From contig CALXLL010000001.1 of NCBI GenBank assembly GCA_944389185.1, positions 24,061 through 88,060 on the forward strand: DNA of 64,000 nt, read 5' to 3'. Every line of letters begins with the position of its first letter. Positions within the stretch are counted from its first letter, which is position 1. Under the pieces are notes generated by a model. It was given only the letters and a program-made list of their open reading frames with translations, searched no databases and was not told the DNA's origin. Source of the DNA: an uncultured Alphaproteobacteria bacterium. Its GTDB lineage: Bacteria > Pseudomonadota > Alphaproteobacteria > Rs-D84. Both the position numbers and the translations under genes were made by a program. Shown one piece after another: positions 20,578-29,893 of the stretch.

Positions 20578-21856
20578 AATGTTTACCACCAATTTTAGTT
20601 CTGCCGCCCATCAATGCTTGCAGCTTTTTTGGAATATTTATAGAACCATCTGCATTTTGATGATTTTCTATTATTGGGACCAAAGCACGCGGAACCGCTA
20701 TGCCTGTATTATTAAGCGTTGCAACGTATTTTACTTCACCTGTTGCGTTTTCACGATATCTGGTGTTTGTGCGTCTTGCTTGGAATTGACCTATGGACGA
20801 GCAACTGCCAAGTTCTTTATAGGCGTTTTCGCTTGGAACCCATGCTTCTACGTCATTCATCTTTATTTTGTTAAAGCCCATATCACCAGTAGAATTGGCA
20901 ATAACCCTGTAAGGTAATTCAAAATCTTCCATTACTTCACACAAATTATTCAAAATTAATTCGTGCATAGCGTCAGAGTCTTCAGGTTTACAATATACAT
21001 ATTGTTCTACTTTATTAAATTGATGAAAACGTGCAAGACCACGAGTATCCCGACCAGCCGCACCGGCTTCTTTGCGGAAACACGGTGAAAAACCGGCGTA
21101 TTTAATAGGCAGGACATTTTCAGGTAATATTTCACCGCTATGAAGACTGTTTAATATTATTTCCGCTGTTCCTGCAAGGCATCTGTCTGTTCCTTGTAAA
21201 ATAAATACATCATTGTCCATTACAGATAAGTCAGACCCCATAAAGTGACCGGCGTTAAATATGGTTTGCGGTTTCGTTATTGCAGGGCATTCTATAAATG
21301 TAAAACCTTTGGATATAAGCTTTTGGATAACATAAGTTTCTATAGCTAGCTGTAATTCCGCGGCTTCACCGACCAAGCAATATGTTCTTGTCCCACATAT
21401 TTGTGCTATCTTTTCAGGCATCCACCAATTATTCATATCCAATAAGTCCCACTGTGCACGTGGGGTAAAATCAAACTTTGGTGGTTTGCCAACTCTGCGA
21501 ACTTCAACGTTTGCGCTGTCATCAGGACCAATTGGGGCTTCTGGGCTTGGTATCTGAGGAACGCGATGTAACAAGTCATTTAATTTATCTTCTTTTTCTG
21601 CTAATTCGGCAAGCTCTTCTGCTATCTCTTCACCGATTTCTTTTGATTTTGCAATAAGCGGTGCTTTGTCTGTCGCAGTAGGTATTTCTTTTGTTATTCT
21701 GTTCTTTTCTGCCGTTTTCGTTTGTGTAAGCGTTTTTAATTCGCGAACACGCATATCAAGTGCAAGTATTTCATCAGTAAAATCTTCAAACCCCTTTACT
21801 TTACATGCGTTTTTTACAATTTCTGGGTTTTCACGAATAAATCTTATATCCAACAT
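20576..21856 (-). CDS. serS: Seryl-tRNA synthetase
   Basis: Likely start MLDIRFIRENP at 21856 with AAAGGA RBS; TAE, motif 2 CFRKEAG..RFHQFNKVE, motif 3 TLNNTGIAVPR. Confidence 0.97.
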   Translation of the reverse strand: MLDIRFIRENPEIVKNACKVKGFEDFTDEILALDMRVRELKTLTQTKTAEKNRITKEIPTATDKAPLIAKSKEIGEEIAEELAELAEKEDKLNDLLHRVPQIPSPEAPIGPDDSANVEVRRVGKPPKFDFTPRAQWDLLDMNNWWMPEKIAQICGTRTYCLVGEAAELQLAIETYVIQKLISKGFTFIECPAITKPQTIFNAGHFMGSDLSVMDNDVFILQGTDRCLAGTAEIILNSLHSGEILPENVLPIKYAGFSPCFRKEAGAAGRDTRGLARFHQFNKVEQYVYCKPEDSDAMHELILNNLCEVMEDFELPYRVIANSTGDMGFNKIKMNDVEAWVPSENAYKELGSCSSIGQFQARRTNTRYRENATGEVKYVATLNNTGIAVPRALVPIIENHQNADGSINIPKKLQALMGGRTKIGGKH

Positions 21857-21917
21857 TTTTGTTTCCTTTGGAAGTATAGTTATATTTAAAGTTATTTTGT
21901 TTTTGTGACAACGAAAA

Positions 21918-21971
21918 TTATTCCCCAAAAGGGGATGATGATTTATTAAAAAAACTTGTTTTTAACCACAT
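21918..21971 (-). CDS. Putative serS leader peptide MWLKTSFFNKSSSPFGE
   Basis: 17-codon ORF with TCA TCA TCC run plus one AGT, ending 61 nt before the serS ATG; overlaps TCCCC-TTTT-GGGGA hairpin. Confidence 0.75.
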   Translation of the reverse strand: MWLKTSFFNKSSSPFGE

Positions 21972-21978
21972 GGTTAAA

Positions 21979-22007
21979 ATTATATATAAATTATATATAA
22001 AAATCAA
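21979..22007 (-). promoter_or_regulatory. sigma70-type promoter for the serS leader
   Basis: TTGATT (22007-22002), 17 nt, TATAAT (21984-21979); leader ATG begins 8 nt after the -10 box. Confidence 0.75.
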
Positions 22008-22089
22008 ATATTTTACTGCTTATAAAAAGATTTGCGAAGCTTTGCTTATTATGTTATGCTGACCCAGAAAGGCATTTAGGAGATTTTAT

Positions 22090-23001
22090 ATGAACGACAT
22101 TATTATGCATGATGTTATAATTTTAGGTTCTGGGCCTGCTGGTTTAACTGCTGCGCTTTATTGTGCACGTGCCGGAAAAAAAACATTAGTCCTTGGGGGG
22201 GATAGGTTAGGTGGGCAGACTGCTGGTATCGCGGTGCTGGAAAATTATCCGGGTTGGCAGGGAAGTGGTCAAGAGTTAGCCGAGTTCATGAAAAAACAAG
22301 CAGAAACTTTTGGTGCAGAAATTATTTTTACTTCTGCAAAAAACGTTTCCGGAGATGCAGAAAGCGCTTTCAATATTTTGGCAACAGACGGGAAAAGATA
22401 TGTTGGTAAAACACTTATCATAGCAACAGGTGCTTCCCCGCGTAAGCTGGAAATAGAAGGTGCTCGCGAATTATTCGGTAAAGGCGTTTCTTATTGTGCA
22501 ACTTGTGACGGATTCTTTTATGCATATAAAGACGTTATTGTTTTAGGTGGGGGTAATTCAGCTTTGAACGATGCTTTGTATTTAGCCGATATTGCAAAAA
22601 GCGTAAAAATCGTTTATAGGAAAGCTGCTTTTACGCGCGCCGAAGCCGTATTGCGTAATCGCGTTGCAGAACGAGAAAATATAGAATGCTTGTTTAATAC
22701 AGACTTGAAAAAGATTTCTACGTTACCAGATTCTGATAGGCTTGTTGTGACGACAACCGATGATACGGAAATAATATGTGATGGTTTGTTCGTTGCTATA
22801 GGGCATGAAGCTAATACCGATTATTTACCAGAAGATATTTTACGTGATAATATGGGGCGCTTAATACCATCAGAATTACCAGAAGGTATGTTCGTTGCCG
22901 GTGACGTTCAATCCGAATTAAAAATGCAAATTGCAACCGCTGTTGGGACAGGGTGCAGTTCTGCCATGGATGCAATCGCATATTTAAATTCGCGTGGTTA
23001 A
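22090..23001 (+). CDS. trxB: Thioredoxin reductase
   Basis: GSGPAG, GVSYCATCDG, GGGNSA, FVAIGH, AGDV. Confidence 0.92.
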   Translation: MNDIIMHDVIILGSGPAGLTAALYCARAGKKTLVLGGDRLGGQTAGIAVLENYPGWQGSGQELAEFMKKQAETFGAEIIFTSAKNVSGDAESAFNILATDGKRYVGKTLIIATGASPRKLEIEGARELFGKGVSYCATCDGFFYAYKDVIVLGGGNSALNDALYLADIAKSVKIVYRKAAFTRAEAVLRNRVAERENIECLFNTDLKKISTLPDSDRLVVTTTDDTEIICDGLFVAIGHEANTDYLPEDILRDNMGRLIPSELPEGMFVAGDVQSELKMQIATAVGTGCSSAMDAIAYLNSRG

Positions 23002-23037
23002 AAAATAAAGCTCTGTTTTATCAGAGCCTTATTTTTT
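23001..23037. terminator. Probable bidirectional terminator
   Basis: GCTCTG...CAGAGC stem flanked by A- and T-rich tracts between convergent genes. Confidence 0.6.
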
Positions 23038-23532
23038 ACCAAAGTGTTTTTTTAATGTTTCATATGCTTCCGATATTTTTGTGAATTGCTTGGCAGCTGT
23101 TGATTTTTCTTGTGCTGTATCGGGGTGATATTTTTTTGCTAACGTGCGATACTTTGTGCTTATTTCACGCCACGAAGCACTGATTGGTAACCCAAAAACC
23201 GTTAAAGCTGATATTATTTTAGATGGTAGTTTTGATGGGGTAGGTGACTTGTCAAAAGAACTTCGCCCCATTATAAAATCGTTTAAAAACTTTATATAAT
23301 CTGCCGATTCAGCTTCTGACTTTGCTTTATCCTTTAATGGAGCACCAAAAGTTTGTCTTTCCCAATCTTCTTCTATTTCTTCAGGGCTCATGTTTTCATA
23401 ATAATTCCAGTTTTTATTGTATTCTGCTGCGTGTTCTTGGCAGAAAAACCAATAATCTTTTAAGTCTCTATTTTTTGGCGCACGACAAGTCCCAGCCTTG
23501 GTGCAACCAGGGTGATCACATTTTTTTATCAT
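23029..23532 (-). CDS. Alphaproteobacterial J-domain protein with Cys/His-rich N-terminus
   Basis: CDHPGC...RAPK...WFCQEH.AEYNKNWNYY and C-terminal J domain with HPD. Confidence 0.88.
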   Translation of the reverse strand: MIKKCDHPGCTKAGTCRAPKNRDLKDYWFFCQEHAAEYNKNWNYYENMSPEEIEEDWERQTFGAPLKDKAKSEAESADYIKFLNDFIMGRSSFDKSPTPSKLPSKIISALTVFGLPISASWREISTKYRTLAKKYHPDTAQEKSTAAKQFTKISEAYETLKKHFGKK

Positions 23533-24395
23533 TTATCTGCTGCCTTTATTTCCCCAAGCGGATGATGTTTTAAAACTGTTTCTTTTAATTTGTCTGGCAA
23601 TACATGCGTATATATCTGAGTAGTAGAAATGTCTTCGTGACCAAGCATCGTCTGTATAATACGTAAATTAGCACCGCCTGCTAGTAAATGTGAGGCAAAA
23701 GAATGCCTTAATACGTGTGGACTGACCCTGTGTGGATCTATGCCAGCAAGAATTGCACACTGTTTCAGTATCTTAAAAAAACCGTCCCTTGTGATATGAC
23801 CTGTTTTACTGTTGCTGGGGAAAACGTATTTTGATTTATCGTCTTCACGTAATGCCAGCCATTTTTGTAAAGCGTGCATAGCCGTTTCATGTATTGGAAC
23901 GATTCGTTCTTTCGCACCTTTGCCGTGTATTAGCAACTTGTCACCAAGAATCGCAGATGTTGGAAGTTCACACAATTCCGATACGCGCAACCCAGATGCG
24001 TATAGTAATTCTATCATGGCGCGTAATCGGACGCTGTGTCTGGTATCGCCGGCTGATGATATTAATAGTTCTATCTCGTCAACAGATAAAAACTTTGGTA
24101 AAGCTCTGTTTCTTTTCGGCAATTCTAAATTAGCAGCAGGATTTTCTGTAATTATTTTTTCTAGCATTAAAAACTTATAAAAACCGCGCAAAGCACTTGC
24201 TTTCCTGGCAATAGAAGAGGGTCTGTCAGGTAGCGAAGACAAATATGCCTGGACTTGATTTTGGCTTGCTTTTAATAAACCACCAGAAATGCTTTCGTCT
24301 GCATGATTCAAGTCACTTGCATAGCTTTCAAGCGTTTTTTGACTTCTTCCTTTCTCGGCTGACAAAGCTTCTAAAAATATATCTATATAGTTCAT
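23529..24395 (-). CDS. xerD: Tyrosine recombinase XerD
   Basis: LYASGLRVSEL, GKGAKER, SPHVLRHSFASHLL.GGA.LR, LGHEDISTTQIYTH. Confidence 0.9.
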   Translation of the reverse strand: MNYIDIFLEALSAEKGRSQKTLESYASDLNHADESISGGLLKASQNQVQAYLSSLPDRPSSIARKASALRGFYKFLMLEKIITENPAANLELPKRNRALPKFLSVDEIELLISSAGDTRHSVRLRAMIELLYASGLRVSELCELPTSAILGDKLLIHGKGAKERIVPIHETAMHALQKWLALREDDKSKYVFPSNSKTGHITRDGFFKILKQCAILAGIDPHRVSPHVLRHSFASHLLAGGANLRIIQTMLGHEDISTTQIYTHVLPDKLKETVLKHHPLGEIKAADK

Positions 24396-24520
24396 GGATA
24401 TAAAACTATTTCTGTCATATTTTGAACAGGGTCAAAAGATATTATCATTAATATTATTAATATAATAATAACCCCAAGTATTAAATATTTTTTATAAGAT
24501 TTGTTTTTCTTTATAGGCAT
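24392..24520 (-). CDS. Small membrane protein (42 aa), not in ORF track
   Basis: MPIKKNKSYKKYLILGVIIILIILMIISFDPVQNMTEIVLYP; GAGGA RBS; ATGA overlap with the xerD start. Confidence 0.7.
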   Translation of the reverse strand: MPIKKNKSYKKYLILGVIIILIILMIISFDPVQNMTEIVLYP

Positions 24521-24535
24521 ATTTTGTCCTCGTTT

Positions 24536-25597
24536 TTATATTGTATCAAAACTAGCAATAAACGCACCTGCGCCAGCTATTATTATAAGTGGGGGCGCTA
24601 TTATAGCAAGCAGTGGCGGTAAAGCACCTGTGGCACCAAGTGCGTTAAACATGTTCGTTAAAAAATATACGGCAAAGCAGGTTAATATACCTAAACCAAA
24701 CTTTAACCCAAAACTGTAATTTCTGCGTTGCCTTGTCTGAGAAAAAGCAATGCCTAATGTAGCCATTGCTATCATGGTTAAAGGTAGAAATAACAGTGTC
24801 CAAAATTGAACCAAGTGACCTCGAACAGGGGCCCCTATAGATTCCATTTTTTTTATAAAACCCGCTAAATCCCAAAATGAAATCTGATCGGGCTGTAAGT
24901 ATCTATCTAAGACTGTTTGTGGCGTAATTAACGTTTGTATATGCCAATCTTGCCTTTTATGCGTGCCGTTGTTATCCCATATATCGGCATTCGTGGCTGA
25001 TAAACCTTTATCAGATAAAATAACCGATTCAGATTCTATCCTGTTTGTTAATTTAAAGTTTTTATCTTGTGTATATATATTAGTAGTGTAAAACACAAGA
25101 TTATCGCCTTGCTTTTGCATACCTTTTGCATTCAAGGTTATATATCCAATATCGGACGATTCTCTTAACCATATAGAGTTATCTACTAGCTGTAAATGAT
25201 CAGGAGTTATGTTTTTTGAATTAAGACCAACAGAATACGGATTTATTACCGTGGTGGCAAATATACCTATTAAAGCAGCACCAATTAAAAACGGTTTTGA
25301 TGATTGATATGGTGATAAACCTGCGCTGGACACAATGATACTTTCGCTGGATTTTATAAGATTATAAGAAGCAAACAACGTTCCCATGAAAACTGCCAAA
25401 GGTAAAAAAAGCGGAACGTATTCCATTAGTCTTACCCAAGATTCTATTAACGCGTCTATAGCCGTAGGATTATCCGGCAGTCTTTCGACAAAGGTTACTG
25501 CTAATATTATACCGCAAACTATCAGCATAATAAGACCAAAGCCAGAAAAAAATCTGCGCATCAGAAATCTTGTTAATATTTTAGGTTTCAATACCAT
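24536..25597 (-). CDS. LPS export permease, LptF/LptG family (LptG-like)
   Basis: 3 TM + periplasmic domain + 3 TM; SSAGLSPYQ, IWLRE, ALPPLLAIIAP. Confidence 0.85.
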   Translation of the reverse strand: MVLKPKILTRFLMRRFFSGFGLIMLIVCGIILAVTFVERLPDNPTAIDALIESWVRLMEYVPLFLPLAVFMGTLFASYNLIKSSESIIVSSAGLSPYQSSKPFLIGAALIGIFATTVINPYSVGLNSKNITPDHLQLVDNSIWLRESSDIGYITLNAKGMQKQGDNLVFYTTNIYTQDKNFKLTNRIESESVILSDKGLSATNADIWDNNGTHKRQDWHIQTLITPQTVLDRYLQPDQISFWDLAGFIKKMESIGAPVRGHLVQFWTLLFLPLTMIAMATLGIAFSQTRQRRNYSFGLKFGLGILTCFAVYFLTNMFNALGATGALPPLLAIIAPPLIIIAGAGAFIASFDTI

Positions 25598-25699
25598 ATC
25601 CTTTATATTTATAGATATAAAAGTATAACTTGTTCAATTGACAATTGCAAAATTAAAATGAATGCTTATAATTTCATAATAAAAATAGGATTGAATAAA

Positions 25700-26170
25700 A
25701 TGGAAAAAAAGCCGGTTTCGCGCGAAGGTTTTGATGCGCTTGTTAAAGAACTTAAAGATTTAAAAGAAGTTCAAAGACCTGAAATATTAAAAACTGTTCA
25801 ATGGGCAAGGTCTTTGGGCGATTTGTCAGAAAATGCAGATTATAGCGCTGCAAAGGAAAAACAAAGACAGATTGATAAAAGAATTCAATTTATAGAATCT
25901 TTTATAGATAATGCCGTTGTAATAGATATAGACAGTCTGTCCGGGGATAGGGTCGTTTTTGGGGCAAAAGTTATTGCAGAAGATGAAAACGGTAATAAAA
26001 TGCAATGTCGTATATTGTCCGATATAGAATCTGACGGTAAGCAAGTTATATCTTGCACTTCTCCGGTTGGTAGGGCTTTGATAGGTAAATGCGTAGGCGA
26101 TACGTGCATTGTGAAATTGCCAAGCGGCGAAAAAGAATACGAGATTCTAGAAATAAAATTCAAGGAATAG
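25700..26170 (+). CDS. greA: Transcription elongation factor GreA
   Basis: ARSLGDLSENADY.AAKE, ISCTSPVGRALIGK; start probably MEKKP at 25700. Confidence 0.95.
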   Translation: MEKKPVSREGFDALVKELKDLKEVQRPEILKTVQWARSLGDLSENADYSAAKEKQRQIDKRIQFIESFIDNAVVIDIDSLSGDRVVFGAKVIAEDENGNKMQCRILSDIESDGKQVISCTSPVGRALIGKCVGDTCIVKLPSGEKEYEILEIKFKE

Positions 26171-26174
26171 TTTG

Positions 26175-27899
26175 ATGCCTATAAGGGTGCTACCTGATTT
26201 TTTAATAAATCAAATTGCTGCGGGTGAAGTAGTTGAAAGACCTGCCAGCGTTGTTAAAGAGCTGGTTGAAAACGCTTTGGATGCAGGTGCAGACGAAATC
26301 GTAATAGATGTAACAGATGGTGGCAGAACCCTTATAAGTGTTATGGATAATGGTTGTGGAATGTCAAAAGAAGACTTGCAGAACAGTATTCAAAGACACG
26401 CCACTTCTAAATTACCTGATGATGATTTATTAAATATTTCTTATATGGGGTTTCGTGGGGAAGCTTTACCTTCTATCGCTTCAGTATCAGATATGACGAT
26501 AGATACGTGTAATGGTATCGATGATAACGGATGGTCTTTAAATTGTAATACAGGCGAAATAAGACCTTGTGATTGGGAAAGTGGGACAAGAATACGTGTT
26601 AAAAACTTATTCGCAAGAACTCCTGCCAGATTAAAGTTTTTACGAACCGATAAGGCAGAAATGATGTCCGTTCTGGAAGTTGTTAAGCGTTTAGCTATGG
26701 CTTGTAATGACGTAGGTTTTACTTTAAATAATAAATGGCGATTCCCGAAAAAACAAGATTTTCAAGAACGTATAGTTGCCATTATGGGTGAAGACGTTAG
26801 AGGTAGAATGCTGGAAGTCCAAGCACAGTCTTTATCTAATTCTAGGTTAAAATTAAAAGGCGTTATTTCAGAACCTACGTTAAGAAGGGCTTCTTCTGTT
26901 GACCAATATTTATTTGTAAACGGTAGACCTGTTAAAGATAAGGTTTTGGTGGGTGCGTTAAGGGCCGCATATATGGATGTAATGCATGCACGTGAGTTCC
27001 CGCTATGTGCACTGTATCTTGACATAGATCCACGTCATGTTGATGTAAATGTTTCCCCCGCGAAAACAGAAGTCCATTTCTTGGAACCTTCACACGTTCG
27101 GGGGTTTATTATAAAAAACCTTCGCGAAGTTTTATCCAAGACTTTGTCTGAAAGACAATCAAGTAAAACTAGTTTCGACTTTGTATCAGCTTCTATACCT
27201 GTGTATAAACCAAAACAAGATTTTTCTGTAAATGTTGATTTGTTCAGATTGCATTCTCCGGATAAACCAACAGATGTTGGCGAGTTTATGCAAGCGTTTG
27301 TCGATAAAAAAAATCAAGACTTTTCATCTAATCTTTTACCCTTGGGAAAGGCAATAGGACAAATTGGCAATAAATATATTCTGGCCGAAAAAGAAAATGC
27401 TTTGGTAATAATAGATCAGCATGCTGCACACGAAAGAATAACTTATGAAAAAATAAGAAATCATACAGTTAAAACTCAACCTTTGTTAACGCCGATCGTT
27501 GTCGGTTTAAAAACAGAAGATGTAGATGCTGTGTTAACTATTGAATCAGAACTTAGAGCGTCTGGGCTGGTAATAGAAGCTTTCGGAGAAGATGCCATAG
27601 CCATTTTTGAAAAACCTGCTGATTGGGATTTAAATTGGAAAGAAGTTTTTCAGGCTATTGCAGATGAAGTTCGTGCAAACGGTCATTCGTCTGTCCTTAA
27701 CGAAAAGCTGCATTTGAAATTGGCTAATTACGCTTGCCATCATTCTGTCAGGGCAGGTCAAAAATTAGACTTAAATCAAATGAATGCGTTGCTGCGTGAT
27801 ATAGAAAATACTGAACGCGGGTCTGAATGTAATCATGGTAGACCAGTTTATAAAATTATACCTTTTTCAGAGTTGGATTCTTGGTTTGAAAGAATATAA
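26175..27899 (+). CDS. mutL: DNA mismatch repair protein MutL
   Basis: NQIAAGEVVERPASVVKELVEN, GFRGEAL, DQHAAHERI endonuclease motif, ACH, CNHGRP. Confidence 0.98.
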   Translation: MPIRVLPDFLINQIAAGEVVERPASVVKELVENALDAGADEIVIDVTDGGRTLISVMDNGCGMSKEDLQNSIQRHATSKLPDDDLLNISYMGFRGEALPSIASVSDMTIDTCNGIDDNGWSLNCNTGEIRPCDWESGTRIRVKNLFARTPARLKFLRTDKAEMMSVLEVVKRLAMACNDVGFTLNNKWRFPKKQDFQERIVAIMGEDVRGRMLEVQAQSLSNSRLKLKGVISEPTLRRASSVDQYLFVNGRPVKDKVLVGALRAAYMDVMHAREFPLCALYLDIDPRHVDVNVSPAKTEVHFLEPSHVRGFIIKNLREVLSKTLSERQSSKTSFDFVSASIPVYKPKQDFSVNVDLFRLHSPDKPTDVGEFMQAFVDKKNQDFSSNLLPLGKAIGQIGNKYILAEKENALVIIDQHAAHERITYEKIRNHTVKTQPLLTPIVVGLKTEDVDAVLTIESELRASGLVIEAFGEDAIAIFEKPADWDLNWKEVFQAIADEVRANGHSSVLNEKLHLKLANYACHHSVRAGQKLDLNQMNALLRDIENTERGSECNHGRPVYKIIPFSELDSWFERI

Positions 27900-27996
27900 T
27901 TTTTCCCTTTGATAATACAAAAGTTTTATTGAAAGTATTTACTTTACAGACTGTGCATTTTTTACTATTCTAGAACAATAATATAAGGAGAAATCT

Positions 27997-28311
27997 ATGG
28001 AAAATACAGCAGAAGTTATAAATACTGCAAATCAAGCGATTAACCAAACCGCACCACAAACAGATTGGTGGGGAATGATTTTGTATTGCATAATCGTTTT
28101 CGGAATTATTTATTTTTTAATGGTTCGTCCAAATAAAAAACGTATGGCAGAATATCAGAAAATGTTAGATTCTTTACAAATAGGTAATCGTGTTATTGCT
28201 GCTGGTATTTATGGAACGATAAAAAAAATAAATGAAAAAACAATAGAAATGGAAATAGCCAAAGGCGTTGTTATAGAAGTTAGTAAAAACGCTGTCGCAA
28301 GTGTTGAATAA
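27997..28311 (+). CDS. yajC: Preprotein translocase subunit YajC
   Basis: YFLMVRP, GIYGTI, EIAKGV; directly upstream of secDF. Confidence 0.93.
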   Translation: MENTAEVINTANQAINQTAPQTDWWGMILYCIIVFGIIYFLMVRPNKKRMAEYQKMLDSLQIGNRVIAAGIYGTIKKINEKTIEMEIAKGVVIEVSKNAVASVE

Positions 28312-28322
28312 AGGACAGGATT

Positions 28323-29882
28323 ATGTTTAAAAAATTAGCTATTATTTTTGTTGCTGTTTTTGGTGTGTTGCTGGCGGTTCCTACGTTGACGCCAAGTTTA
28401 GCACCTTATTTCCCTTCTTGGATACAACCAATTCCTTTGGGATTGGACTTAAAGGGGGGCGCACAACTGTTGCTGGAAGTTGATACGCAAACTATGTTTA
28501 AGGAAAAAGCTACTCAGTTATATGACGATGTGCGTAGTTGCTTGATAGATAGAAGTAAAGGCGTTATACGTTTTTCTGGGCTTCGTAATAATGACGGTGT
28601 AGTATCGTTGGTGGTGCGTAATGAAGACGAGGTTTCAAAAGCAAAAGGACGACTTAGAAGTGAATTAGGAACCGGTGTTGATATTTCTTCTGACGGAAAA
28701 ACAATTACTGTTTCTTACACCGATAAGCAAAAAGAAGAAATGGTTCAAGATGCTTTGACGCGTAGTATTGAAATTGTGCGTCGTCGTATTGATGCGCTGG
28801 GAACAAAAGAACCTTCTATTCAAAGCCAAGGCGGTAAATATATTTTGGTTCAGTTACCCGGTGTAAGTAATCCAGAACACATAAAAGAACTTATAGGGCA
28901 AACTGCAAAAATGACTTTTCATTTAGTTAATGAGAATGTTACAGCAGAACAAATTGCTTCTGGTAGGGCACCAAATGGAACGGCTTTCTTGCCTTTAATG
29001 GATGCGCCCGATCAAAAAATCCCGGTTTATACAAGGGTAGAAGTTTCTGGCGAGTCTTTAAAAGATTCTCAAGCGGATTTTGATCAGAATAATATGCCTG
29101 TTGTTACAACTGTTTTTGATACGACTGGTGCGCGAAAGTTTGCGAAACTTACAACTGAACATGTTAATGAAAGATTTGCGATTGTATTAGATGATAAAGT
29201 ATTATCTGCGCCGACTATTCGTGAACCTATACCTGGTGGACGCGGTCAGATATCAGGTGGTTTTACTTTACAGGGGGCAAAAGACTTAGCTGTTTTATTG
29301 CGAAGCGGTGCTTTGCCTGCGCCATTACAAGTAATAGAAGAAAGAACTGTTGGGGCAGGTTTGGGGGCTGATACTATCGAAGCCGGTAAAATAGCTTCTT
29401 TGGCAGGATTGGTATTCATAATTATATTTATGATATTCTGTTATCGTGAATTCGGGGTAATAGCAAGTTTTATGCTTATTATTAATCTTGCTATGATTAT
29501 AGGTATTTCAGCTTTGTTAGGTGCAACGCTGACTTTGCCTGGTATCGCGGGTATTGTATTAACGCTGGGAATGGCGGTTGACGCTAATATTTTACCGTTC
29601 GAAAGAATTCGTGATGAAATAAGAGAAGGTGCCACACCTTTACGAGCCGTTGATGCGGGATTTCATCGTTCTATGAAGGCGGTTTTGGACGGTAATTTAA
29701 CTAATTTAATTTGTTCTTTGATTTTGTTCCAATTCGGTGCCGGTCCAATACGAGGCTTTGCCGTAACATTATCTGTAGGTGTTATAACAACTTTGTTTAC
29801 TTGCGTGTCTTTGTCAAAAGTCGTTATAGACTGGTATATGAACGGTAAAAATAAAAAAATAAGTTACGTAAAAAATAAGTAA
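28323..29882 (+). CDS. secD: Protein translocase subunit SecD
   Basis: LGLDLKGG, RRIDALG..EP, LLRSGALPAP, TLPGIAG, GMAVDAN, GPIRGFA. Confidence 0.97.
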   Translation: MFKKLAIIFVAVFGVLLAVPTLTPSLAPYFPSWIQPIPLGLDLKGGAQLLLEVDTQTMFKEKATQLYDDVRSCLIDRSKGVIRFSGLRNNDGVVSLVVRNEDEVSKAKGRLRSELGTGVDISSDGKTITVSYTDKQKEEMVQDALTRSIEIVRRRIDALGTKEPSIQSQGGKYILVQLPGVSNPEHIKELIGQTAKMTFHLVNENVTAEQIASGRAPNGTAFLPLMDAPDQKIPVYTRVEVSGESLKDSQADFDQNNMPVVTTVFDTTGARKFAKLTTEHVNERFAIVLDDKVLSAPTIREPIPGGRGQISGGFTLQGAKDLAVLLRSGALPAPLQVIEERTVGAGLGADTIEAGKIASLAGLVFIIIFMIFCYREFGVIASFMLIINLAMIIGISALLGATLTLPGIAGIVLTLGMAVDANILPFERIRDEIREGATPLRAVDAGFHRSMKAVLDGNLTNLICSLILFQFGAGPIRGFAVTLSVGVITTLFTCVSLSKVVIDWYMNGKNKKISYVKNK

Positions 29883-29893
29883 GAGGATTTCTA

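Noticed and set aside
21857-21928. N-terminal extension of serS in the ORF track
   Set aside because: The TTG start lies inside the leader hairpin; the conserved MLD start with RBS is at 21856
21962-22000. Palindromes TTAACCACATGGTTAA and TTATATATAA repeats upstream of serS as an operator or dif site
   Set aside because: Does not match a dif consensus; overlaps the promoter and leader start; AT-rich palindromes arise easily by chance, although an operator role is not excluded
23529-24395. Tyrosine recombinase as a possible phage or island integrase
   Set aside because: Size and motifs fit housekeeping XerD; no att-like repeats or cargo nearby
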